From: an uncultured delta proteobacterium
GTDB lineage: Bacteria > Myxococcota > Myxococcia > Myxococcales > Anaeromyxobacteraceae
Assembly: GCA_963766715.1 (NCBI GenBank)
Contig: CAVYBH010000008.1
Location: 672,001-736,000 of the forward strand
Length of the DNA: 64,000 nt
Direction of reading: 5' to 3'
How positions within the stretch are numbered: position 1 is the stretch's first letter; each line of letters opens with the position of its first letter. This document shows, piece by piece, positions 33,876-44,054 of the stretch. The position numbers and the translations under genes were made by a program. The notes under the pieces are model-generated. The model saw only the letters and a program-made list of their open reading frames with translations, ran no database searches and was not told the DNA's origin.

Positions 33876-35072
33876 CTACAGCGCCTCGACCACGACCGCG
33901 ATACCCTGACCGCCCCCGATGCACGCCCCGGCCAGGCCGTGGCGCCCTCCCCGCTGCCGGAGCGCCTGGATGAGGTGGATGGTGAGGCGGGCGCCGCTCG
34001 CCGCCAGCGGGTGGCCCAGGGCGATGGCGCCCCCGTCGACGTTGGTCCGGTCGCGCGGCAACCCCAGCTCCTTCTCGACGGCCAGGTACTGCGGGGAGAA
34101 GGCCTCGTTCACCTCGAAGAGGTCGAAATCGGCGAGCTTCGCCCCGGCGCGGGACATGGCGTTCCGGAAGGCCGGCACCGGCCCGATGCCCATGACGGTG
34201 GGGTCGACGCCGGCGACCCCCCAGTTGACGAGCCGGGCCAGCGGCCGGAGCCCTCGCCGGTCGGCCAGCTCCCGGGTGGTGAGCACCAGCATGGCGGCGC
34301 CGTCGGCCACGCCGCTCGCCGCACCGGCGTGGATGACGCCGTCCTTCTTGAAGACCTTGGGCAGCTTGCGGAGACCCTCGACCGTGGTCTCGGGGCGGGG
34401 GTGCTCGTCCTTCTCGAACCGCACCTTCCCCTTGCGGGTCTCGATCTCGACCGGCGCGATCTCGGCCTGGAAGCGGCCGGCCGCCTGGGCCTCGGCGTGG
34501 CGCCGCTGGGAGAGGACGGCGAACTCGTCCACCTCGTCCTGCGTGATCCCGTACTGCTCGGCGAGCTTCTCGGCCGTCATCGCCATGGGCATCTTCGCCT
34601 GGGTGTCGGTGAGCGCGTTCCAGAGCGAGTCCTCGACCACGGGCGTCTTGCCGAGGGGGACGCCGAACCGGGAGCCGCGCTGGACGTAGGGGGCCTGGCT
34701 CATCGACTCGGTGCCGCCCACCAGCACCGCCTCGGCCTGGCCGGTCTCGATCTGGAGGGCGCCCTGCACGACCGCCTCGAAGCCCGAGCCGCACAGCCGA
34801 TTCACGATGAGTGCGGGGGTGGCGACCGGCACCCCGGCGCGCAGGCCGACGTGGCGCGCCAGGTAGATGGCGTCGGCCGAGGTCTGGAGCACGTTGCCGA
34901 CGATGACGTGGCCGATGGCGTCGGCCGGAAGCCCGGAATCGGCCAGCGCGGCCAGCGAGGCGTGGACGGCGAGGTCGGTGGCCGAGAGGTCCTTGAGCGC
35001 GCCGCCGTAGGTTCCGAAGGGGGTGCGGCGGCCGGCGACGAAGACGATCTCCTTCGATGTGGCGGAACGCAT
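33876..35072 (-). CDS. Acetyl-CoA C-acyltransferase (thiolase)
   Basis: RTPFG, NRLCGSG, GGTESMS, EVNEAF, GGAIALGHPLAASG, ACIGGGQG. Confidence 0.95.
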   Translation of the reverse strand: MRSATSKEIVFVAGRRTPFGTYGGALKDLSATDLAVHASLAALADSGLPADAIGHVIVGNVLQTSADAIYLARHVGLRAGVPVATPALIVNRLCGSGFEAVVQGALQIETGQAEAVLVGGTESMSQAPYVQRGSRFGVPLGKTPVVEDSLWNALTDTQAKMPMAMTAEKLAEQYGITQDEVDEFAVLSQRRHAEAQAAGRFQAEIAPVEIETRKGKVRFEKDEHPRPETTVEGLRKLPKVFKKDGVIHAGAASGVADGAAMLVLTTRELADRRGLRPLARLVNWGVAGVDPTVMGIGPVPAFRNAMSRAGAKLADFDLFEVNEAFSPQYLAVEKELGLPRDRTNVDGGAIALGHPLAASGARLTIHLIQALRQRGGRHGLAGACIGGGQGIAVVVEAL

Positions 35073-35085
35073 GGGGACCTCCGGT

Positions 35086-35748
35086 TCAGGGCGTGGCGCG
35101 CCCGCGGGCGAGGACGGTGAGGCAGAAGGCCAGGATGGCGGCGGCGAAGAGGGTGTTGCCCAGGTAGACCACGAAGCGGCGCCGCAGCTCCGCCCCCCCG
35201 GCGTGCCGGTACCACTGGCGCGCGGCGGCATCCCGGGCGGAGAGGCTGGCGGCGGGCAGCGCAGCCCCGTGGACGGGCTCGAGGCGCGCCACCGTCCGTC
35301 GGTGGAGCTCGACCACCTGGCCGGGGGCCGCTCCCGGGAGGCCCGCCACCTCGCCCCATCGCCCCGCCTGCGCGGCGCGAGCGTGGTTGGCGGTGAGGAC
35401 CGCGGCGCCGTCCGGGAAGGTCGAGACGAGCTGCAGCCGCGCCGGCGCACCGGGACGGGGGCCCTGCTCGAAGACGTCGGCGAAGGCCGAGCCCTCCGGC
35501 TCGGAGAAGGTCTCGGAGCGGAGCTCCAGCCCCCGCAGCGGCCCCTCCTCGACCCGGCTGCCGATGCGCAGGAACCCCAGCGCCTCGAGCGCCAGGGCGG
35601 CGTCCCGCTGCGCCTCGGTGGGCAGGGGCCCTCCGGCGGTGGAGCGGGAGCGGACGAGCGAGGGGGCGAGCACCAGGACCCCGCGCCGGCCGTAGCGAAG
35701 GATCATCATCGCGGCATAGAAGGCCGCGAGGGCGAGCAGGATCGTCAC
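35086..35748 (-). CDS. Hypothetical membrane protein
   Basis: GTG overlaps the tatC stop; TM segments at both ends (VTILLALAAFYAAMMIL; LFAAAILAFCLTVLA). Confidence 0.65.
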   Translation of the reverse strand: MTILLALAAFYAAMMILRYGRRGVLVLAPSLVRSRSTAGGPLPTEAQRDAALALEALGFLRIGSRVEEGPLRGLELRSETFSEPEGSAFADVFEQGPRPGAPARLQLVSTFPDGAAVLTANHARAAQAGRWGEVAGLPGAAPGQVVELHRRTVARLEPVHGAALPAASLSARDAAARQWYRHAGGAELRRRFVVYLGNTLFAAAILAFCLTVLARGRATP

Positions 35749-36551
35749 GACGCGGTGGCGGGCTCGTCCGCCTTCCTCTTCTTCCCGACGATCCGGGCCG
35801 CGATGATCCCCACCTCGTAGAAGACGATCATCGGGATGGCCATGAGGGCCAGGTTGAACGGGTCGCCGGTGGGAGTGATGAGCGCGGCCACGATCACGTT
35901 CACGATGATGGCGTGGCGCCGGTACTTGGCGAGGAACTCGGGGGTGACGACCCCGATCATGGCCAGGAAGGCCACGATCACCGGGATCTCGAACACCACG
36001 CCGAAGCCGAGCATCATGGCGAGCACCAGCGAGAGCTGCTCCCGCATGGTGAGCAGCGGCTTCATGTCCGGGCCGGCGATGGCGGCCAGCGCCGGGAAGG
36101 CGTAGGGCATCACCAGGAAGTAGGTGAAGGCGAGCCCGCAGTAGAAGAGCAGGGTCCCGGTGGCCACGAACGGGATGACGACCTTCTTCTCGCGCTTGTA
36201 GAGGCCGGGCGCGATGAAGAGCCAGAGCTGGAAGAGGATCCACGGCGCCGCGATGAAGAGGCCGCCGTAGATGGCCACCTTGAGGTACACGAGGAACGGC
36301 TCGAGGTAGCTCGTGTAGTTGAGGGCGCGCTGCCCCTCGGGCAGCGAGTCGAGCACCGGCTGCATCACGAAGCGGAAGATGCGCTCGGAGAAGTATCCGG
36401 CGATCACGAAGCCGATGCCGAGCCCCATCAACGCCCGGACCAGCCGGATCCGCAGCTCGGTCAGGTGCTGGAAGAAGGAGGCTCGCACCTCCCCTTCGGG
36501 GACCGGCGTCTCCCCGTCGGCGGCCGGAAGCTTCTCGGCGGGCTCGGTCAT
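35745..36551 (-). CDS. tatC: Twin-arginine translocase subunit TatC
   Basis: HLTELRIRL, QLWLFIAPGLYKREKK, FGVVFEIP, ALITPTGDP. Confidence 0.96.
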   Translation of the reverse strand: MTEPAEKLPAADGETPVPEGEVRASFFQHLTELRIRLVRALMGLGIGFVIAGYFSERIFRFVMQPVLDSLPEGQRALNYTSYLEPFLVYLKVAIYGGLFIAAPWILFQLWLFIAPGLYKREKKVVIPFVATGTLLFYCGLAFTYFLVMPYAFPALAAIAGPDMKPLLTMREQLSLVLAMMLGFGVVFEIPVIVAFLAMIGVVTPEFLAKYRRHAIIVNVIVAALITPTGDPFNLALMAIPMIVFYEVGIIAARIVGKKRKADEPATAS

Positions 36552-36982
36552 GCCGGGGGCTTCGGCTCTGCGACGGGAACGGCGGGTGCGACGGCGGCGG
36601 CGGGCATGGCAGGCGCCGCAGGAGCGGCAACGGGAGCGGCGGAGGCGGAATCGGGAGCCGCGGGAGCTGCAGGTGCGTCCGGCTCGAAGAGCGCTGCGTC
36701 GAGGCCGGGGATGTTCTCGGCGGCGGCCACCGGGACCGGTCCGGGGGGCGCGGCGGGCACCGGGGCGCTCGCGGTGGGCGGCGCCACCCGGGCGCGCTCC
36801 GCCTTGCGCTCCTCGGCGTAGAACTCCTTCTCGAACTGCCCCTTCAGGTCGTCGCTGGCCTTCTTGAAATCGCGCAGCCCCTTGCCGAGCTGCTTCGCGA
36901 CCTCGGGCAGCTTCTGCGGCCCGAGGAGCACGAGCGCGAGGACGAGGATGATGACGATTTCGCCGAAGCCGAGGCCGAACAT
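36548..36982 (-). CDS. tatB: Twin-arginine translocase subunit TatB (TatA/B family)
   Basis: MFGLGFGEIVIILVLALVLLGPQKLPEVAKQLGK, with a long Ala/Pro tail. Confidence 0.88.
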   Translation of the reverse strand: MFGLGFGEIVIILVLALVLLGPQKLPEVAKQLGKGLRDFKKASDDLKGQFEKEFYAEERKAERARVAPPTASAPVPAAPPGPVPVAAAENIPGLDAALFEPDAPAAPAAPDSASAAPVAAPAAPAMPAAAVAPAVPVAEPKPPA

Positions 36983-37006
36983 GGGACGGGGGGGTTATAA
37001 CACGGC

Positions 37007-37412
37007 ATGCCTTTCTGGCTGCTGAAGACGGAGCCTTCGGCCTACTCCTTCGACGATCTCCGCCGCGATCGGAAAACCCGCTGGGACGGGGTCTCGAACG
37101 CCCAGGCCCAGTCCAACCTTCGGGCCATGCGCGCGGGCGACGAGGTGGCCGTCTACCACTCCGGGGTGAAGGCCGCGGTGGGACTGGCCCGGGTGGCGCG
37201 CGCCGCCTACCCGGATCCCGGCGACCCGGAGGGCAAGCGGGTGGCCGTGGATCTGGCGGCCGGCGACCCGCTGGCCACCCCCGTGACCCTGGACGTCCTC
37301 CGCGGCGAGAAGGCCTTCGACGGGTCCCCCCTCCTGCGGCAGGGACGGCTGTCGGTGGTGCCCCTCACCGCGGCGCAGTGGAAGGCGCTTCGGCGGCTCG
37401 GCGGCCGGGTAG
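37007..37412 (+). CDS. EVE domain protein
   Basis: FWLLKTEPSAYS, WDGVSNAQA, YHSG, RLSVVPLT. Likely ends at TAG 37410-37412 after a 1-bp indel (the ORF track runs on to 37651, overlapping PBP1A). Confidence 0.85.
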
Positions 37413-37436
37413 CGCCCAGGGACCGGGTCCCCGACC

Positions 37437-39995
37437 TCACTGCGAGAAGAGGTCCCGCACCTCGACCCTGGATCTTCCGTCCTCGCCCTCGGCCTTTGCG
37501 ATGGGCGCCGTTCCTTCCAGGTAGGGCTCGAGCACGCCGGGCGCGAAGGGCTGGACCGCCTCTCCGGTCTTCGGGTCGATGCGGGCGAAGACGATGCCCT
37601 CCGGGACCGGGAAGTCGGGCTGGGGGCGATCGCGAAGCGCGGCCTCCATGAACGCGAGCCAGATGGGCAGCGCCGCCCGTCCGCCGGTCTCCGCCCGCCC
37701 GAGCGGCTGCTCGTTGTGGTCGAAGCCGAGCCACACGCCCGCCACCTGATCGGCGGTGAAGCCCAGGAACCAGGTGTCGAAGGAGTCGTTGGTGGTGCCG
37801 GTCTTCCCGCCGGCCGGCTTTCCCAGCTTGGCCGCCTGCGCGCCGGTGCCCACCGTGGCCACCTCCTGCATGAGGTGCTGGAGCACGAAGGCCGCCCGGG
37901 GCTCGATCACCCGCTCCGGCTCGGTCCGGACCTCGGCGTACGCCCCGGCCAGCCGCTCGCCGAGCGGCGCCCACGGGTCGCCCGGCGCGACGTGGTCCTC
38001 GAGCAGCCCGCCGTCGCGATCGAGGACCCGCCGCACCAGGATGGAGCGCCGCTTCAGCCCCTGCCGGTCGATCACGGCGTAGACGTTCACCAGGTCCCAG
38101 AGCGTGGCGCAGGAGCTCCCGAGCGCGCTCCCCAGCTCCGGCTTCACCGGCGAGGTGAGGCCGAGGGAGGCGGCCCACTGGCCCAGGAAGGCGAGCCCCT
38201 TCTCCTGGGCGAGCCGCTCGGCGGTCTTCACCGCCGGGATGTTCATCGAGTGGATGACCGCGGTGCGCAGCGGGACCTCGCCCTTGAAGTCCTCGCCGAA
38301 GTTCTGCGGCTTCCAGGAACGCTCGGAGTCGCGGAAGACCACCGGCGCGTCGGTGAGGAGCGTGGAGGGCGTGAAGCCGAGGTGCTCGATGGCGGCGGAG
38401 TAGAGGATGGGCTTGAAGGCGCTGCCCGGTTGCCGGCAGGCCTGGAAGGCCCGGTTGAACTCGGAGGCCTCGAAGTCGTAGCCGCCGACCATGGCCTCGG
38501 CGTAGCCGCTCGAGGGATCGAGGGCCACGAGCGCCCCCTGCAGCCGCGGCTCCTGCTCCAGGGCGAGGAGGAGCGGGGCCTCCGGCACCTCGGCGGGCTT
38601 CCCCGACTTGGTCAGCTTCTCGAGGGCCTGCAGCTCCTCCCGCTCGACGCGGCGCACCAGCACCACGTCGCCGACCCGGAGCGCGGTGGAGGGGCGGACG
38701 AGCTGTGCATACTCCCAGTGAACCTGGGGATTGGGCGGCCGGGCCCAGCGCATGCCGGCGATGGGGAGCACGCCGGGGACGTCGCCGATCTCCACCCGGA
38801 CCTGGGCCGCCGCGTCGTTCACCGCCGAGACGATGCCCACCGCGAAGTCGCCCGGACGGAGCGCCCCGGCCGGCCAGGCCTGGGCGAGCCGCCGGCGAAG
38901 CGCCTCCCGCTCGGCCCCCTCGACGTGCCCCACCGGCCCCCAGAATCCCTGGCGCCGATCCACGTCGAGGAGCCCCCGCAGCATGGCCTGCTGCGCGGCG
39001 CGCTGCTTGTCGAGGTCCATGGCGGACTCGATCCGCAGCCCCTGGTGGAGGACCCGGTCGTTCCCGTAGCGCTCCACCACCCGGCGGCGCACCGCCTCCG
39101 AGTAGAAGGGCGCGATCTCGCGGAACGGGTCGTCGAGGGCGTGCACCTTCACCGGGGTGTCGTCGGCGCGGCGGCGCTCCTCCTCGGTGATGGCCCCGTC
39201 CTCCCGCATGCGCCGGAGCACGTAGCTCCGCCGCTGCCGGGCCTCCTCGGGGTGGGTGACGGGCGAGTAGCGGCTGGGCGCCTGGGGCAGGCCGGCCAGG
39301 AGCGCGGCCTCGGCGAGGGTCAGCTCGTCGACCGACTTGCGGAAGTAGTTCTCGGAGGCCGACTCGACGCCGTAGCTGTGGTGGCCGAGGTAGACGCCGT
39401 TCAGGTACAGCCAGAGCAGCTCCTGCTTGCCGAAGGCCCGCTCGAGCCGCGAAGCCAGGATGGCCTCCCGGGCCTTGCGCCGGAGGTTCTTCCGGGTGCC
39501 CTCGGCGAAGCCCTCCGAGGAGACGAGCAGCGCCTTGGCGGTCTGCTGGGTGATGGTGGAGCCGCCCTGCACCTTCTTCTTCCGGACGTAGGTGTTCACG
39601 CCGGCGCGCAGCGTGCCCAGCCAGTCGACGCCGTGGTGCGCGAAGAAGTTCTTGTCCTCGGCCGCCAGGAAGGCCTGGACGACGTGGCGCGGGATGCGCT
39701 CGTAGGGCACCACCCGGCGCCGCTCGGCGAAGAGCTCGCCCACCACCTGCCCGTCCGCGCTGACGATCTCCGCCACCACCGGGGGCCGGTACTCGGCGAG
39801 CGACTGGACGGACGGCAGGTCCCGCGAGAGCCAGACGTAGGCCGCCACGGCCGCGACCAGCGCCCCGTTGGCGAGCGCCAGCAGGAGGAAGACCGACCAG
39901 CGCAGGACCCGGCGCCAGAGGGGGCGCGGCGGGGGGACCCCGTCGAGGACCAGCTTCTTCTGGGGCGGCGCGGCGGGAGTGGGAGGGGCGACCAT
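37437..39995 (-). CDS. mrcA: Penicillin-binding protein 1A
   Basis: Transglycosylase (AEDKNFFAHHGVD, GGSTITQQ) and transpeptidase (QPGSAFK, SMN, GKTGTTN) motifs. Confidence 0.94.
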   Translation of the reverse strand: MVAPPTPAAPPQKKLVLDGVPPPRPLWRRVLRWSVFLLLALANGALVAAVAAYVWLSRDLPSVQSLAEYRPPVVAEIVSADGQVVGELFAERRRVVPYERIPRHVVQAFLAAEDKNFFAHHGVDWLGTLRAGVNTYVRKKKVQGGSTITQQTAKALLVSSEGFAEGTRKNLRRKAREAILASRLERAFGKQELLWLYLNGVYLGHHSYGVESASENYFRKSVDELTLAEAALLAGLPQAPSRYSPVTHPEEARQRRSYVLRRMREDGAITEEERRRADDTPVKVHALDDPFREIAPFYSEAVRRRVVERYGNDRVLHQGLRIESAMDLDKQRAAQQAMLRGLLDVDRRQGFWGPVGHVEGAEREALRRRLAQAWPAGALRPGDFAVGIVSAVNDAAAQVRVEIGDVPGVLPIAGMRWARPPNPQVHWEYAQLVRPSTALRVGDVVLVRRVEREELQALEKLTKSGKPAEVPEAPLLLALEQEPRLQGALVALDPSSGYAEAMVGGYDFEASEFNRAFQACRQPGSAFKPILYSAAIEHLGFTPSTLLTDAPVVFRDSERSWKPQNFGEDFKGEVPLRTAVIHSMNIPAVKTAERLAQEKGLAFLGQWAASLGLTSPVKPELGSALGSSCATLWDLVNVYAVIDRQGLKRRSILVRRVLDRDGGLLEDHVAPGDPWAPLGERLAGAYAEVRTEPERVIEPRAAFVLQHLMQEVATVGTGAQAAKLGKPAGGKTGTTNDSFDTWFLGFTADQVAGVWLGFDHNEQPLGRAETGGRAALPIWLAFMEAALRDRPQPDFPVPEGIVFARIDPKTGEAVQPFAPGVLEPYLEGTAPIAKAEGEDGRSRVEVRDLFSQ

Positions 39996-40028
39996 CTGGA
40001 GGGACTGTAGGCAGGCCCCGTCGCGGGA

Positions 40029-41033
40029 TCAATTCCGCTTCGGGGCGGGCGGCGTCCGCGCGGTCGATCCGGGCGGCCCCTCGAGGTTGGCGCGCCCCAT
40101 CGCCTCGACGAGCTCCGGCGGCACCGGGCACTCGAGCCGGAGCGGCACCCCGGTCACCGGGTGCGGGATCTCGAGCTTCCAGGCGTGGAGGAACATGCGC
40201 TTCAGCCCCCACCGGCTGCGGGCCTCCTTGTTGAACGGGAAGTCGCCGTAGCGCCGGTCGCCCGCCACCGGGTGGCCCATGGCCTGGAGGTGGCGCCGGA
40301 TCTGGTGGGTGCGCCCGGTCTCGATGCGCACCGCGAGCAGGGACGCGTCGTGGTTCGAGGAGATCACCTGCCAGCGGGTGACCGCCTCCTGGAAGTTCAC
40401 CCCCCGCCAATCCTTGGAGCGCCCGGTCTGCTCGTGCTCGGAGAGGGGCAGCTCGATCACGCCGGTGGCCTTGGGCATCTTGCCCTTGGCGAGCGCCAGG
40501 TAGGCCTTGCGGATCTCGTCACCCTCGGTGAATAGCTCCCCCAGCCTCACCATGGCCCGGCGGGTCTTCGCGACCAGCACGATGCCGCTCGTGTCCCGGT
40601 CGAGCCGGTGGGCCGGGCTGGGCTTGAACTCGCCGGGGGGCAGGTCGTCGGGCACGCGCAGGTACGAGCGGGCCTCCTCCACCAGGGTGGCGCCCTCGAT
40701 CCCGCTTCCCGGGTGGGCGGCCAGGCCGGAGGGCTTGTCCACCACGAGCACGTGCTCGTCCTCGTAGAGGACGCGGAAGGTGTGCTTGGGGCCCCGGGCG
40801 CCCTTGGCGGCGCCCTCGGCCGGCACGAGCAGCCGCTCCTCGTCGCCGCGGATGAGGATCTTGTCCCCCTCGGCCAGCAGCTGCTCGGCCCGGCCGCGCG
40901 ACCCGTTCACGCGGATCTTGCGGGTCCGGAACATCTTGTAGACGTGGGAGAGGGGCACGTCGCGGAGCGCCCGCCGGACGTACTTGTCGAGGCGCTGGCC
41001 GGCGGCGTCCGGGCTGACGGTGAGCTCGATCAC
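40029..41033 (-). CDS. RluA/RluC-family pseudouridine synthase
   Basis: S4 domain (GQRLDKYV), VDKPSGL, HRLDRDTSG, TGRTHQIRRH, GDRRYG, MFLHAW. Confidence 0.93.
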   Translation of the reverse strand: MIELTVSPDAAGQRLDKYVRRALRDVPLSHVYKMFRTRKIRVNGSRGRAEQLLAEGDKILIRGDEERLLVPAEGAAKGARGPKHTFRVLYEDEHVLVVDKPSGLAAHPGSGIEGATLVEEARSYLRVPDDLPPGEFKPSPAHRLDRDTSGIVLVAKTRRAMVRLGELFTEGDEIRKAYLALAKGKMPKATGVIELPLSEHEQTGRSKDWRGVNFQEAVTRWQVISSNHDASLLAVRIETGRTHQIRRHLQAMGHPVAGDRRYGDFPFNKEARSRWGLKRMFLHAWKLEIPHPVTGVPLRLECPVPPELVEAMGRANLEGPPGSTARTPPAPKRN

Positions 41034-41054
41034 CCGCCGTTCTTACCTCGCGCC

Positions 41055-42045
41055 CTACCAGAACTCCATCTGCGCCGACTCCTCGAGGGGGTCGGCCCGC
41101 ATTCCCGCCCGGCGCAGCTCCTGGGCGAGGGGCGCGGCGTGGCCGTGCAGCGTGAAGATCCGCGAGGCGCCGGTGGCCCGGGCGTAGCCGACGAGCGACG
41201 GGAAATCGGCGTGGTCGGAGAGCGGGAAGGAGGCGTCCACCCCGCCGAACCAGCGCGCGCCGTCCACCGCCCAGCCGGTGAGCACCGCGGTGCGGCGCGG
41301 GCGGATGCGCGAGATGGCCGTCGACCGGGCCAGCTGCGGCGGGGCCACCACGATCTCGCCGGGCGCGGGCCCCTCCGGCCCGAGGAGCCGGACGTTGGGC
41401 AAGCGGCACTCCCTGCTCCACGTACACCTCGTTCACGGCGTGGACGGTGGGATGGGCGCGGCACGGGTACCCGAGCTCCCCGAAGTGCTTCAGGATCTCC
41501 TGCGCCTTCCCGAGCGAGTAGCCGAGCAGGACCGGCGTGGCGCCGGCCGAGAGCGCGTCGTCGACGAAGCGCTTCACCGCCGCGAGCACCTCGGCCTTGG
41601 GCGGGAAGACGTACCGGGGCAGCCCGAAGGTCGACTCCATCAGGAGCACGTCGCAGGGCATGACCTCGGCGGGCTCGGCGGAGAGGGTGGGCTCGGTGCA
41701 GAAGTCGCCGGTGTAGCCCACCGTGAGCCCCCCGGGCAGCGTGATGCGGATCTGCGCCGAGCCGAGCACGTGGCCGGCCGAGAAGAGCTCGAGCGTCAGC
41801 TCGCCCAGGCCGAAGGGCTCCCGGTAGGCCGCGGGCAGGACCTCGCTCCCCTTGCGCTCGCCGAGCCGGTGCCGGGCGAGCGCGGCGGTGGCCCGGGTGG
41901 CGATGGTGCGCTCGTGCCGGCCCAGGTGGTCGGCGTGGGCGTGGGAGACGAAGGCGCAGGGGCGCTTCTTGCGGGCGTCGAGGTAGAGCGCGGTGCCTCG
42001 CACGCGCAACTCGCCCTTGACGAGCTCGATGGGGGAACGCCTCAC
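41055..42045 (-). CDS. MBL-fold/beta-CASP nuclease (frameshift near 41403)
   Basis: FVSHAHADH, AGHVLGS, YTGDF, MESTFGLP, YSLGKAQ, LSDHADF, LHG. Confidence 0.85.
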
Positions 42046-42088
42046 GGGAGGTGTGTATCAGGGAGGGCTGTCGGGCGCCGGGCCCGGC

Positions 42089-42472
42089 TCACTCCGCGCC
42101 CTGGTGGAGGCAGAGGAAGTTGCCCTCCGGGTCCCGGAACCAGGCGGCCCGCTCGCTGCCCAGGACGCAGACGTGGTTCACGGTCTTGAGCCCGGGGAGG
42201 TCGTAGTCCTCGAAGGTCACGCCGCGGGACTCGAGCTCGGCGATGGCTCTCGGGACGTTCTTCACCTCGAAGGAGAGAGCGGTGTGCTCGGCCTTCGTCC
42301 CTTCCGGCTTGGGGATGAGCGCGACGCGGGCGCCGCCTCCGCAGGCGAGGACGAAGTTGCCGTCGGCGGCGAAGCCAATCGGAGCGAGCCCGAGCGTCTT
42401 CTCGTAGAAGGTCCGTGCCCGGTCCATGTTCTTCACGGGCAGGATGGTGGTGACGGACGCGGCGCCGAGCAT
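42089..42472 (-). CDS. VOC/glyoxalase-family protein
   Basis: DRARTFYEKTLGL, HTALSFEV, AWFRDPEGN. Confidence 0.9.
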   Translation of the reverse strand: MLGAASVTTILPVKNMDRARTFYEKTLGLAPIGFAADGNFVLACGGGARVALIPKPEGTKAEHTALSFEVKNVPRAIAELESRGVTFEDYDLPGLKTVNHVCVLGSERAAWFRDPEGNFLCLHQGAE

Positions 42473-42595
42473 GGCGACCTCCCTCCCATCCCTCCCCGCC
42501 GGAGAAATAAGCGGGAGGGTGCGGGCGCGCCCGCGTCGACCTCCCCGGGGGGCAAGCGAGCGTTTGCTCCCCCGCGTCCGGCGTCGACCGGCCGT

Positions 42596-43468
42596 CTACC
42601 GGGCGCCGGCCCGCGCCTGGAGCGCCCCGCCCACCTCGGCCACCACCACGCCCAGCATGATGAGTCCGCCGCCCGCCAGGCCGAGCGCTGGCAGCACCTC
42701 GCCGGTGACCAGGTGGGAGAAGACGGCCGCCGACGCCGGCTCGAGCGCGTAGATGATGGCCGCGCGAACGGCGGTGGTGTGGCGCTGCGCCCAGTTCATG
42801 ACGAAGAAGGCGCCGACCGTCATGGCCAGGCTGGTGAAGAGCACCGTGCCCAGGAGCTCCCCCGAGGGGACGAGCCGGACCGGCTCGAAGGCGAGCAGGA
42901 GCAGGCTTCCCAGGAAGGTGACGGCGATCTGCACGAAGGTGAGCCCGACGAGCGAGTGGCGCCGCGAGAACTCGCTCGTCCAGACGATCTGGAAGGCGTA
43001 GGCGATCGCGCAGCCGAGCGTGAGGAAATCCCCGAACTGGACGATCACGCTCCTGTCGTCGCTGAACGGCCGGGTGAGCATCGCCAGCCCGGTCACGGCG
43101 AGCGCCACGCCGGTCCAGGCGGGTACCCCGACCTTCCGCCCCTGCAGGAACTTGGCGATGAGCGGGACCACGACCACGGCCAGCCCGGTGATGAAGCCGG
43201 ACCGGGCCGGGGTGGTGTAGCGCAGGCCGAAGGTCTGGAGCGCGAAGCCGGCGAACATGGCCAGGCCGAGCAGGCCGCCGTCCCGCCACAGGCCGGGCGT
43301 CGGTCGCGTCCGGCGCAGGAGCCAGATGGCCCCGAGCACCGCCGCGGCCAGGCCGAAGCGCAGGGACAGGAACGCCCCGGGGCTCGTCCCGGCGTCGAGG
43401 ACGCGCTTCACCAGGGTGAAGGTCGTTCCCCAGACGAGGGTCAGGACGAGCAGTGCCAGGTCGGCCAC
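42596..43468 (-). CDS. DMT/EamA-family transporter
   Basis: LVWGTTF...K, QTFGLRYTT, GDFLTL, IYALEP; about 10 TM helices. Confidence 0.9.
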   Translation of the reverse strand: MADLALLVLTLVWGTTFTLVKRVLDAGTSPGAFLSLRFGLAAAVLGAIWLLRRTRPTPGLWRDGGLLGLAMFAGFALQTFGLRYTTPARSGFITGLAVVVVPLIAKFLQGRKVGVPAWTGVALAVTGLAMLTRPFSDDRSVIVQFGDFLTLGCAIAYAFQIVWTSEFSRRHSLVGLTFVQIAVTFLGSLLLLAFEPVRLVPSGELLGTVLFTSLAMTVGAFFVMNWAQRHTTAVRAAIIYALEPASAAVFSHLVTGEVLPALGLAGGGLIMLGVVVAEVGGALQARAGAR

Positions 43469-43504
43469 GGGGCCGCGGTTGTAGCACGGCCCGCCGCGTG
43501 CGCC

Positions 43505-43933
43505 TCAGGCGCGCGCGTGGGCCGGCGTTTCCCGGTTCTGCGGCGCCTGCTGGGCGGCGTGCTCGTGGACCTGCGCCAGCTGGGCGAGCGCGAAGGCCCC
43601 CACCGCCATCACCGCGTCGCGCGCGGCGACGTCGAGGAAGTTGCCGCTCGAGATCAGGTTCAGGGCGATGGCCGCGAGCCAGCCCATCGCCACCCAGCCG
43701 AAGACCCGCGCGTGCCCGAGCAGGATGGCGGCGCCCACCACCACCTCGACGACGCCGCAGGCGCGCATGAAGAGCGCCGGGCTGACCGGGAGCACCCGGG
43801 CCGCCAGCGGGCTCAGGTACATGTCCCAGTTCGTGAGGAGATTCGTGAACTTGTCGAGCCCGGCGACGATGGGCACGACCCCGAAGGCGATTCGCAGCGC
43901 CCAGTACGCGGAATTCATGTGCTTTTCCTGCAT
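43505..43933 (-). CDS. DoxX-family membrane protein
   Basis: LRIAFGVVPIVAGLDKF...GVVEVVVG...DVAARD; RBS AGGAGG. Confidence 0.85.
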   Translation of the reverse strand: MQEKHMNSAYWALRIAFGVVPIVAGLDKFTNLLTNWDMYLSPLAARVLPVSPALFMRACGVVEVVVGAAILLGHARVFGWVAMGWLAAIALNLISSGNFLDVAARDAVMAVGAFALAQLAQVHEHAAQQAPQNRETPAHARA

Positions 43934-43962
43934 GGCGGTTCCTCCTGTGTCCCCTCTTGCCG

Positions 43963-43992
43963 ATTGGATGCCGGCGCCGCGCCGGGGTTACG
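43963..43992 (-). promoter_or_regulatory. ECF-type promoter for doxX
   Basis: Minus-strand CGTAACC-N15-CATCCAAT. Confidence 0.7.
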
Positions 43993-43993
43993 G

Positions 43994-44023
43994 CGTAACC
44001 TTCGAGGCACCGGGACATCCAAT
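43994..44023 (+). promoter_or_regulatory. ECF-type autoregulatory promoter for the sigma gene
   Basis: Plus-strand CGTAACC-N15-CATCCAAT; same elements and spacing as the divergent copy. Confidence 0.7.
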
Positions 44024-44054
44024 GGGGTGTGAAGACCTCCGAGGAGGTGGCCCC

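Noticed and set aside
37007..42045. EVE domain plus beta-CASP nuclease as a defence system
   Set aside because: They are separated by PBP1A and RluA housekeeping genes, lie on opposite strands, and have no defence-island context.
42547..42583. GC hairpin between the DMT and VOC genes as a terminator
   Set aside because: It pairs well only on the plus strand (G-U pairs), whereas both genes are on the minus strand, and there is no U-tract.
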